DNA from: Antedon mediterranea
Lineage: Eukaryota > Animalia > Echinodermata
Reading direction: 5' to 3'
Length of the DNA stretch: 64,000 nucleotides
Assembly: GCF_964355755.1 (NCBI RefSeq)
Contig: NC_092678.1
Location: 16,039,881 to 16,103,880, forward strand
The position numbers were made by a program, and so were the translations under genes. How positions within the stretch are numbered: position 1 is the first letter of the stretch; each line of letters begins with the position of its first letter. Below, one piece after another: positions 53,138-64,000 of the stretch. Below the pieces are notes generated by a model. That model saw only the letters and a list, made by a program, of their open reading frames with translations. It ran no database searches and was not told the origin of the DNA.

Positions 53138-53290
53138 ATTTAAAAGAAGAAAGATAAAGCGCGCACGTACACAGAAATACGTTATCGTTTGTATAATCAC
53201 GTGTTTGGTCTTTGCATATTGTCTTACTACAACACAATTTACTTCTTGGAGAAAGGACAAGAATAGTACATCAAAATTAACACTGTTCAG
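53138..53290 (+). CDS. Probable cytoplasmic tail plus transmembrane exon of the sulfotransferase
   Basis: FKRRKIKRARTQKYVIVCIITCLVFAYCLTTTQF...LF(R); strong donor CAG|gtaagt in phase 2 matching 54350; 5' boundary and start codon uncertain. Confidence 0.6.
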
Positions 53291-53473
53291 GTAAGTCGCA
53301 ATTGGCCTACACATTTTTAAATACCACCCGATTTTGTAGCTGTCAACAGATTGATTCTAACTGACAATTGCAAGTCAACTAGAAACGAGTATAGCTGTAT
53401 CAAACTGTATTACATCTAAATATAAATTATGGTTAATTCTGACATAGGCGAGCACAATGCAAAAACTTCGGTA

Positions 53474-53521
53474 CAAATCACCGCCTATGTATACCTATAG
53501 GTATACATAGGCGGTGATTTG
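53474..53521. repeat. Perfect 48-bp palindrome with no spacer
   Basis: caaatcaccgcctatgtatacctataggtatacataggcggtgatttg. Confidence 0.95.
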
Positions 53522-54349
53522 GTATACCTTATCTATCTCAGATGTACGGCGAAACGTAGATTTGATAACATTAGTTTTCACATCGACGCTATTGTTCAAT
53601 ATTTATATCTTAGGAAGATATTAAAGGGTTTTATAAGAAATGTTCTGATTTCAATCGGTAAATTATAACTCTACGTGCGGTAAGTAATTTTCGGGTTCAC
53701 GGTAAGGTAAGATGTGTCAATCACCTAGCAAGTTCCCTGCATGGTTGGTTCAACCAGGGAGTTGTAACCTGTTTCAACTAAGTTGGCCGTTTGTTTTTTT
53801 TTTTATTTTCGGACCGCGCGTGTGAAGGTATAATACTGTAGTACATAAAGATCAAATTAAATCCTAAACATAGGAGTAAATTGTGGGAAATAATTACATA
53901 AAATTACATCGAGAGAATTGATGATAAGAGCTTTTGTTTGAAATCGAATGAAACCCCGATAGCTGCCAGGACTTTATGTATATATACTATGCGCTATCTG
54001 AGTCTTGTCAGGACCCTGGGATACTTCTGCCCATGTTGCAAGCCGTCTAAAACGTCTTCCTTCTTAGGCCTAAACGCTTTTGTTGGTTGGGTAGTATTTG
54101 AACACTTGTCTATAAAAAATACTTTTAGGTTTATATTTGTTTAATATTTAAAAAAGCGTGTACTTGCATTTTAATAGTTCAATACATTTCTTTTTAACTA
54201 TAGTCTATCAAGTTTATTGACTATGTATTTGTTATTACATTCATAAACTCTGATCAGAACCAGTTTAAACAACTGATTTGGTATTTGTACACTTTTTGAA
54301 ATAAGATATTATGTTAATTAATACTTTCTAATTGTGTGTTTCATTTCAG

Positions 54350-55421
54350 AAAAAATATTTCTTCGAGAGAAACGCCTATTTATAAGATGAATACTAACGG
54401 TGACAACATAACACATGAGTGCAATGTAGTAAAGCACATTGTATTTGTAAAAACACACAAAACAGCAAGCACTACCATAGCTTCAATCTTTCAGCGGTTT
54501 GGTTATTCAAGAAATTTAACATTTGCCATCCCTCAGAAGGGACATACTTTTTCTATCTTAGACTTATTCAAGCGTGAAATGGTATTTTCAGTTTCATCAG
54601 GAAATAAAATGCGTAAGCAACCATTAGATAGTTACCATCTCCTTACCAACCATGCAAGGTACAACCGTAAGGAAATGGATGTGGTTATACATGCTGCAAT
54701 GTATGTCACAATCATTCGTGAACCAGTAGCAAACTTTGAATCGACTTTTGGATATTTTGATGCAGAAAAGCTGTTAAAAGTACCGCAAAATATAAATTCT
54801 TTAGAAATATTTTTTTTAAATCCAAATAAGTTTGTAGCGCGAACATTCTTTGGTTGGCAAAGAGCTAGAAACGGCCAGTTGTTTGACCTTGGGTTAAGTC
54901 ACGAAGACTATGACGATCAGGTCAAAGTTCAGAACAAAATCAAACATCTAGACTCGGAATTTGATTTAGTTCTTATCACAGAATACTTTGATGAATCTTT
55001 GATATTATTGAAGAAGTTGATGTGTTGGAGTTTCGAAGATATTCTCTACGTTTCTAAAGGAATACGAAGTGCTAGTCATCGATACGCCCTCAACGATGAA
55101 CTTCAAGCAAAAATACGCGAATGGAACCATGCTGACGTCATGTTGTATAACCACTTTAATAAGACGTTTTGGAGAAAAATTAAAGAATATGGAGACAGTT
55201 TTCAAAAAGATCTTTCTGAATTCAGGAACAAACAGCGAACAGTGTTGAGTCATTGTGTTGATGACCGGAATGTCGATGATTCGGATAGACGAGAGAACAA
55301 GTTCATTCTGAAATCAGACGCAATTGTTCGCGTTTTTTGTAAAGCACTGCTAAGAGGTTATGTTGAATACACTCGATTTATTCGAAATACCATGGTTAAT
55401 AGAGATATGGGTAGCTTGTAA
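54350..55421 (+). CDS. Galactose-3-O-sulfotransferase (GAL3ST family) catalytic exon
   Basis: Acceptor tttcatttcag; HIVFVKTHKTASTT (5'-PSB), YVTIIREP..FESTFGYF (3'-PB), RNGQLFDLG, FDLVLITEYFDESLILLKKLMCW, WNHADVMLYNHFNKTFWRKI; intact to stop. Confidence 0.95.
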
Positions 55422-56958
55422 AGAATGTGATCAGCAGACAGTAGGTCACAATACCTGGATAGTCGATGACTGATGACTCTCAGTTAGATTGACAAAGAAA
55501 AAGTGACATTACACTCTATATCCCTCACTATACTTGAAACATGCAAGCCACCATTGTCAACATTATTGTATAAATAAGCAGACTACAGAGTAATAAAAGT
55601 CTTTTATTTATCTGAAACTTGATACATGTCGTGTTTGTGATAATTTGGATAGCATACCAGTAGGCCTATGCTTTGATTATACAGGAATTATACAACTAAA
55701 ATTAAGTAGGCCATTTGTTTGAGTTTGAGAATGAAACTAGATCTTGAAATCTAAGTTTTCTAGATCTAGAAAACTCGGATATATCTGAGATCTGAGTTTT
55801 CTAAACACCCATCTTATAGCATTTAATGATTTCTAGTAACCAGAAGTACAATCAGAAATGTGACCTATTGTAACAACAAAAAGTTTTACCTGAATTCTAG
55901 TATATTTTATCGTTCAATAATATTTATCGAAACTACACCTTTACAGCGGTGGCGGCACACGTTCGTACAAGGTGTATTCTTAAAATACATAGACAAAAAA
56001 CAAAAATACCAAATCAATTAAAAAAAAAATAAATAAACCCACCGACATAATAACATAATAACATAATAACAAGATTTGTATAGCGCACATACCACTCAAG
56101 AGTGCTCAAGGCGCATAATACATGATCGCTGTCGGTCACTGAAATGTTCAAATTACAAAACATTAAGTAGTAATAACTAAACATAATATTTTGACAATAG
56201 TGAAGAAGTAGTAATAACTAAAAATAATATTTTGACAATAGCAATAATGAAGAACTAAAAATAATTAAATACATATAACAACAGTAAATAATATAATAAC
56301 TGAGAATAACAATTGAAAATATATACTGTACTGCCCTCTATACCACAACAAGACAAACATTAACGTGAAAATGACACAAAGAGCAAACTCCAGTTGCACT
56401 TTGTGTGCTCTTGTACTTGGCTAATATATTGAAATACGAGAAGTATTTGTACACACTGTACGATGAATGCTTCTACATACTGTGCATAGTTTATAGAAGT
56501 TTATAAAGACTACGGAGAATGTTGTTAGTTTAATATTTTAGAATAAATAACACTTTTTGTATGTCTATTGTGATTGTTATGGGAGTTCATTTTTCTCCGG
56601 CGTACTGCTTTTATTCGGTACATATGCCTAAGGTTAATATTTTCTAGGTCTTTGTATTGCATATAAAGGAGGAAGTAAAGATCTCCTCCCAGAGTATAAT
56701 AAGGCGGAAAATATAAAATAATTTATAGGCCTATATTTAAGTAAAGCTCATGGTTTTGTTAAAGTCTTTCTTCTCTTTGATTTCAAATTTTCAGGCAATT
56801 TGGCCTGTGTTTTTTTGTTTTGAAATAACAAAAATATATATATTTTTAATATTATAGACAAATCCGGCACGGAACATGAATTTTAAGCCGCCCGGTGATA
56901 TACTAAAATTGAATTAATTAATTTTAAACGATAGAGATGAGGAGAATGAGAAAAAGTC

Positions 56959-57031
56959 CGCCCAAACCGAGATTCGAACCAGGAACATTCTGCTTGATAT
57001 GCAGATGTCATAACCATTATACCACTGGGGC
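56959..57031 (-). pseudogene. tRNA-like sequence (tRNA pseudogene or SINE head)
   Basis: GCCCCAG TGGTATAATGG (A box) ... TCTGC-ATATCAA-GCAGA ... GGTTCGAATC (B box) TTTGGGC, then TTTTT; mismatches in acceptor, D and T stems. Confidence 0.6.
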
Positions 57032-60000
57032 TTTCATGGTATTGTTCAAACTCGAATTACTTTGATGAATACAAATCTCCAAATACATATGCAATAAATG
57101 ACTAACAATGGCTAAATAACTTGGTAGCAATGGGCCTACGGCAAACAAATCAGAATCCGCAATTGTAAGACGTTTACAGTGCCAATCTCGACATAACAAA
57201 GATGAGCATAACTAGAACTCAGTCCGGGACTACTTTCCAATTTAGGCATTAATACCACTAGATTTCTTAATGTAAAGAAGCTGCACGTTTGTACGAGCAA
57301 ACTCAAGTTGCCAGGTGTTGTATGCACTTTTTTCTTGGTTAATATCTTTAAATAAGAAAAGTAATTTCATGTACGATTCGAAAAAAATCTTCCAACTGAT
57401 ATTTCCAACATTACAAGGTATGTAATTCTTTTATTTGTTGGTATTACTTGGAAATCAATTTCGTCTGTCGAGTAGGTAATTTTTGATGGCTGCAATAAAT
57501 GCGCTTGTTATAGTAATAATTGCCGAATTAAAACTAGACCTACACCCCAAGTAAAATGCCCGATAGTGTACATTAAGTGAAAAAACTTTTTTTTTTTTTT
57601 TGGCTGTTTCACTTTATCGTTTTGACTTAGCATTTTGCTTATTTATTTGTACGTCAATTGCCATCCAGCTACTGATACCAATAGCACTGTGATTTGTTAA
57701 GCAAATTGCCTTAGGATTTATATATTTTATATACATAGAAAAAATAGAAGTTATAGTTTGTTTTTTTTCAATTATTTCTTGGTAATAATACGTGTAGACC
57801 TAGAGATTGAAAACAATTACAGTATATTGTATTTTTTCTGAATATTATAACATTGTATTGTTGCATGTTATAATAATTATTCTGTAGTACTACTTTAGTT
57901 CTGACCCAATATTAATGATGTACTTAATATCTTACGAAATGAAATGCCATCTAAAAGGTGTCAAAATGACATTATGGGCTATCACACTCGTTATAATGTT
58001 AGTCAACTTAAATACTAAGAAACCTTAGACCTAAGAAACGCTTAAATTGATATTGATATTTTTTTCCCAACAGAAAAAAAATGTCTTTCACATACAGACA
58101 ATTACATAAATATATCAGAATATAAAGTTAACAAATATTATTGTAAATTTATTTTAATTTCTCACAATTTGTGTATTAATCTAAGAACTAAAAACCAATT
58201 CATGTTGAAATAAAGTGTTAGAGTAAACAAAAAGAAAAATTAATAGTAGTAGTAGTATACTAAATATTGAAATAAGTTATTTTTATGTCCATTGTTGCTG
58301 TACGCCACTCGGATAAACTCGACGGACAGACGGAGCCAATTTCAAACTCGCAAACATGATCCTTTGATAATATCGAACAGAAGTTTCTTCTCAATAAAAT
58401 TAATGACACCCACACCCTAACATAAAAGTATTCGTAACAAACTGAGAGTTATTAAACTACGCGTGCGTGCTAATTGCTCGAATTAAACGGCAACTGACCA
58501 ATGAAAATGCGATGCGTTATTTTCTTTAATTCAGTACCCCTAAATTAAGTTCCTAGTTGTTGTTATTGTGTGCATTCCAAAATCTTTCACCAGGTGTCAT
58601 GTTTAGCAGGTAAATTTTAGTCAATGATAATTTGCATATTCACGTACACGTTTTCTCATTCACTTCTGACAATATCTCAGTTGTATGGGGTTACCCGTTC
58701 CGTCGTTAGATACTTTAGAGTCTGTTCTTGTACTGGATTATGTGATGATGTAAGTTAATACAAATGAATATACACTGCAATGGAATCGGTGCAATACTTC
58801 TAGACATGTATCACATTATTATGCTGTTTTTAGACACCCTTTGTTTTGAAGTGAATATTGGAAATATATTTAAGGTAAGCATAATGGATGTCACTGTATG
58901 TTATAATAAACTCTGCCTAACAAAACAATATGGAGTATTGGACATGATTGAATGATTTTTTATTTGCTGTTTTTGGACCCCCTTTGTTTTGAAATGAATG
59001 TTGGAATTATATCTAAGGTAAGCGTGTGCAAGTCCCTGTATTTAAAATACGCTTTGCAGCCTAACAAGATATTATCGATTATTGGATCTGAATGTCTTGA
59101 TTTTCTAAATGTTTTTCTTTTCACAAATAAAGTGTGTATGTATCCAACGGTGCATATCCGTTTCGAAAGGTGAAGGAGACCACCCTTCCCTCCTAAACAA
59201 CATAGGTAGAGAGGATATGTCCCTACCCTACCCCTAATATCAGCGCCGTTTTATGTATGATGTTTGATTATGGCTCAACTTCAACATTGCTTACAATGAC
59301 ATTGTTCCTTTAAACAAAAAGCCGGGAAAACTTACCCTCATGTTTAGACAAAAAAAATGATGTTCGCTGAATCAAGGCTCGCCCCACTGTAGTGTTAAAA
59401 CATAATAGTATGTTTCAGATTCTCAGTGATGTATCTTTACATACGATAATATTTCCCATGGGGTTTGTTAAACTTTATAAACTGGATTTCAAATTAACTT
59501 GATTGCACAATATCTTATTACAAATTATTTTAAATAAGCTTTTGTTTATAAATATGTCGATCAACATCACTAGTAAAATTGTTATGTCATATTGGCTATA
59601 AAAAAAACTATAGTACCACCCCCGATAGTGCATTTGGCGTTTCATAGAAAATTATTATCAGTGCTGTATATCTCCACTGTGTGGTAAAGTAGTTTTCATA
59701 TAAAATTGATGTTTGTAAAAATATCAAGTTTTTCCTTTAATGTTTTACATTATCTGTTTTTAACACATACGTTTGTATGCTAAAATACAATCTCTGTTTA
59801 GAGACAGTACTTAAGTGCTTAAGATTCTTGTAGACTACATAATATATTGATTAGTTACCACTTCTATTGTCATAGCATTGTTTCGTTGCGTCATAGGACA
59901 AGAGATTTAGTCAAGAGGTGCTTTTTTAAATGACATTATGTATTTTCGTCCAGTCTAACTAGATGCTATACGTGATGTTAACATATAAAAACTGACTGTA

Positions 60001-60069
60001 TGGTAAGTAGATTTACTAATGTTTAATTAAATGTTTCTAACACCTTTTATATCGCAACGGATGTAGGCC

Positions 60070-61194
60070 TACCGTAATAAGTCGGTCATAACCGGACATT
60101 AAAATGTAGGCCTACTTGTGGCGCTTTTATTTTCTTCATTAAGTAGTTATTAGGTTACAGGGAGGCCCAGACATCTTTGAAATCCCGACGGATGTACCGT
60201 AATAAGTCGGTCATAACCGGACATTAAAATGTAGGCCTACTTGTGGCGCTTTTATTTTCTTCGTTAAGTAGTTATTAGGTTACAGGGAGGCCCAGACATC
60301 TTTGAAATCCCGACGGATGTACCGTAATAAGTCGGTCATAACCGGACATTAAAATATAGGCCTACTTGGGGCGCTTTTATTTTCTTCGTTAAGTAGTTAT
60401 TAGGTTACAGGGAGGCCCAGACATCTTTGAAATCCCGACGGATGTACCGTAATAAGTCGATCATAATCGGACATTACGATGTAGGCCTACTTGGGGCGCT
60501 TTTATTTTCTTCGTGAAGTAGTTATTAGGTTACAGGGAGGCCCAGACATCTTTGAAATCCCGACGGATGTACCGTAATAAGTCGATCATAATCGGACATT
60601 ACGATGTAGGCCTACTTGGGGCGCTTTTATTTTCTTCGTGAAGTAGTTATTAGCTTACAGGGAGGCCCGGACATCTTTGAAATCCCGACGGATGTACCGT
60701 AATAAGTCGGTCATAACCGGACATTAAAATGTAGGCCTACTTGTGGCGCTTTTATTTTCTTCGTTAAGTAGTTATTAGGTTACAGGGAGGCCCAGACATC
60801 TTTGAAATCCCGACGGATGTACCGTAATAAGTCGATCATAACCGGACATTAAAATGTATACCTACTTGGGGCGCTTTTATTTTCTTCGTTAAGTAGTTAT
60901 TAGGTTACAGGGAGGCCCAGACATCTTTGAAATCCCGACGGATGTACCGTAATAAGTCGATCATAATCGGACATTACGATGTAGGCCTACTTGGGGCGCT
61001 TTTATTTTCTTCGTGAAGTAGTTATTAGGTTACAGGGAGGCCCAGACATCTTTGAAATCCCGACGGATGTACCGTAATAAGTCGATCATAATCGGACATT
61101 AAGATGTAGGCCTACTTGGGGCGCTTTTATTTTCTTTGTGAAGTAGTTATTAGGTTACAGGGAGGCCCAGACATCTTTGAAATCCCGACGGATG
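60070..61194 (+). repeat. Satellite, nine 125-bp units
   Basis: taccgtaataagtc recurs at 60070, 60195, 60320 ... 61195. Confidence 0.95.
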
Positions 61195-61905
61195 TACCGT
61201 AATAAGTTGGTCATAATCGGACATTGAAATGTATTTCGGGCTCCTAAAATAAGAAAAAAATTTGTGTTGTATGGGGATTACGGTATAATTGATCTCGGCT
61301 ATAGGCCTAACTACCAGTGGAAATGTTTTTTGTACCGTAATAAGTCGGTCGTAATCGGATATTAAAATGTATTTGGGGCTCTTAAAATAAGAAAAAAGAA
61401 TGTGTTGTATGTGAATTACGGTATAATAATAATAATATCCTGGATTTATATAGCGCCTAATGTTGTGAAACCTCTAAGCGCTGTACATAAATTAATATAA
61501 AAAAAAGGAAATCCAACCATGCCAAAACAAAAAAAAACATAACCGAAGTAAGGGGATACGCCTTCGATATAATTCGGTATACTGTAATTGATCTCGGCTA
61601 TTGGCCTAACTACCAGTGGAAATGTTTTTTGCACCGTCATAAGTCGGTCATAATCGGACATTAAACTGTATTTGGGGCTCCTAAAATAAGAAAAAAAAAT
61701 TGTGTTGTATCGAGATTACGGTATAATTGATCTCGGATATAGACCTAACTACCAGTGGAAATGTTTTTTGTTCCGTAATAAGTCGGTCATAATCGGACAT
61801 TAACATGTATCTGGGGCTCCTAAAATAAGAAAAAAATGTGTGTTGTATGGGGATTACGGTATAATTGATCTCAGCTATAGACCTAACTACCAGTGGAAAT
61901 GTTTT
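61195..61905 (+). repeat. Related satellite, about four 138-bp units, one interrupted by a LINE/SINE 3' tail
   Basis: Shares the first roughly 40 bp with the 125-bp unit then diverges; insert about 61428-61585 with (aat)n...atttatatagcgcc. Confidence 0.85.
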
Positions 61906-63422
61906 TGTTTAAATGTTCGTTTTAATTTATTAAAAAATACGGACGTGTATATCATTTAATACGGTATGTTATTTCAGACCTCAATATCAACGCTGTTGAT
62001 ATTGTTTCTATTTTATTTTTCTTATTTTAAGCGCCCCCCTCCCCCTTCCCAAATACATTTTAATTTAATATACATCCACACACCGTACAGTTCCCATTTA
62101 TTTTCTTTAAAAAAACTAGAATATGGCATTAACATGGTTTTTTTTGTTGATGTAGGCTATGTATTGTAATATTTAGTCTGCAAAGTATGGGATTCACTAG
62201 AGTAATTAAGTTATGTGGCTATATTCATGGTCAAAATCTATACATAATTTGCCAGTCAATTCAATATTCCTCTTATTGTGTTTATGCCTATATGCCACTT
62301 ATGAAGAAAAAAAAACACTATTTTGGTATGTAATTGCCTTATGTATATTGTTAACAGTTATATTTTGACCAATGAATTAATTGGTGAACTACTAATAAAA
62401 CTGTTTTTTTTTTATTTAGAAGTAATTAGTAACCGAGGAATGATGTATTGAAAAGGTTCAACAAATGATTTAATGTTCATCTAGTTTTAAAGGTAAGCCC
62501 ATTTTAAGATTTATGATTTAAAATTTAGAAAGCATGCTGTCCAAATGCACTAATTATTATGACAAACCTATAGATATTGTGCTATTGTTGTACTTCTAAT
62601 GGGGTCATGGAAATACAATGGATCGATAAGGCGTTTTAACACCATTAGTAATTGTTGTATGTTCACGCCTTCAATAAAGGTATTACATCGATTTTGATAT
62701 TGGTGGTCAGATTTTTTTGCATGTTGTTATTGTAAATTATTGCTGGAGACCCGAACCCACGATCTGTCGTTCATTAAAAAAACCACTGGACGTGAATTAC
62801 ACTAAAGACTGGGAGCCCAATTGAATAAGGGGTACAGTACCTTATAGTCTGTATTGTTGTAACGATACTACAAATTATAGCTTCGCGTCAAGGAATTGAA
62901 CTAATTGATAATAGAATTTCACTGAAAATTTAAATATTTTAATTCGTCGAATTGGTTTTTTTTTCATTTTGTGACCACACAAAAAAAGGATTCAACCAAA
63001 TTAAATGTGAGTATAATTAAAAGAAATCGTAACTTTATTATTACTAAACGATTAGCATGTTGTTTTTTTTTATAATAGTAGTTAATGACATTTTCTTGTA
63101 ATGTCTCATCAATAAATACATTATAAAATAGGACATTTTTCCGAATGTATCTATTTTTCACAATTCAATAACAGATAAATAAAATGAAATCATGTAAAAT
63201 ATTTTAATTCCATAGAATATTATGTACCCCATTTTGTAAATATAAATATATATAATTATATATAAATATGTTCTTTGTGGTATTTTAATGTATTTGTTGT
63301 ATTTTTTTATATTTATAAATATTTTTAACTTTATCTCTGATACCACTTTTTCTTCTATTTTATTCCGAAATGAATAAATATTTTCATTTTATACTTTACT
63401 TTTTTTTTAGTCATTATCAAAG

Positions 63423-63592
63423 ATGAGAAAAGCCCAGGCGTTGTTAAAATGCCGATCTAACAGCACCATATTGGCCTTTCTGTTGTTTGTCTCTGTCGTC
63501 TCTGTTGTCATTATGCTGGAGTTTGAACTTGCAGTGAATAAGAACAGCTGGCACAAGAATGTCATTGTGCCATTATGGGCTCATCATCGCCG
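63423..63592 (+). CDS. First coding exon of a type II membrane protein (possibly another sulfo- or glycosyltransferase)
   Basis: Acceptor ttttttttag at 63410; MRKAQALLKCRSNSTILAFLLFVSVVSVVIMLEFELAV...HHR(R); donor CG|gtaagt, phase 2. Confidence 0.65.
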
Positions 63593-64000
63593 GTAAGTTA
63601 TTTACATTTTTTCCTCCTAAATTTTATATTTGTATTGTCCACCAGAACAAAAAAAAAATTGTTTAGTTTTGTTGTTGAATGTGCCATTTTAATGTCACAT
63701 AATAAAAAAAAACGTCAAATTGGATCAATGGATTTGGAATACCCAGAACAATATACATACCTGTAGAATAATTCTGTCTACCTTAAGAAGGCCTACTCAA
63801 AATATTATCTAATATTTAATTAAACGAATGAAATAACATTCTATAGACTTAGAATAACATTATACAAATGGTAAAACGATTACTAATATCAAAACACATT
63901 TAAAATACCTTAAAGAATTTACTATACTGAATTAAAAAAATTCTCATGAATTTGGAATTAGAAATGTGAATTATAAGTGGCATTTCTTATAAACATTTAA

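Noticed and set aside
60070-61905. CRISPR-like array (constant head plus following segment)
   Set aside because: The intervening segments are near-identical rather than unique spacers, there are no cas genes and the context is eukaryotic; it is a satellite
62745-62820. Weak tRNA/SINE-like B-box on the minus strand
   Set aside because: Cannot be folded into a cloverleaf; too degenerate

Overview
AT-rich eukaryotic (metazoan) genomic DNA with spliceosomal introns; the abundant TAGGCCTA motifs and the gene families present suggest an echinoderm or another invertebrate deuterostome (inference only). Four genes are visible. (1) A minus-strand secreted or receptor gene running off the left edge: signal-peptide exon, CUB exon, LRR N-cap exon and 72-bp LRR exons, probably a GRL101/LGR-like receptor. 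(2) The 3' part (TM4 exon plus TM5-7 terminal exon) of a plus-strand adhesion GPCR. (3) A galactose-3-O-sulfotransferase. (4) The first coding exon of another type II membrane protein. The centre (14908-50250) is a tandem triplication of an 11-14 kb cassette. Each unit carries the signal-peptide exon of the CUB-LRR gene. Units 1 and 2 also carry the GPCR TM4 exon on the opposite strand, which unit 3 has lost. The cassette also holds half of an Academ-like transposon and an internally inverted L1/Tx1 LINE. Unit-specific transposon insertions (Helitron, CACTA-like, PIF, TTAA-MITE, foldback) have empty sites in sister units. A 125/138-bp satellite lies near the right end. All calls were made by eye, with no database searches.
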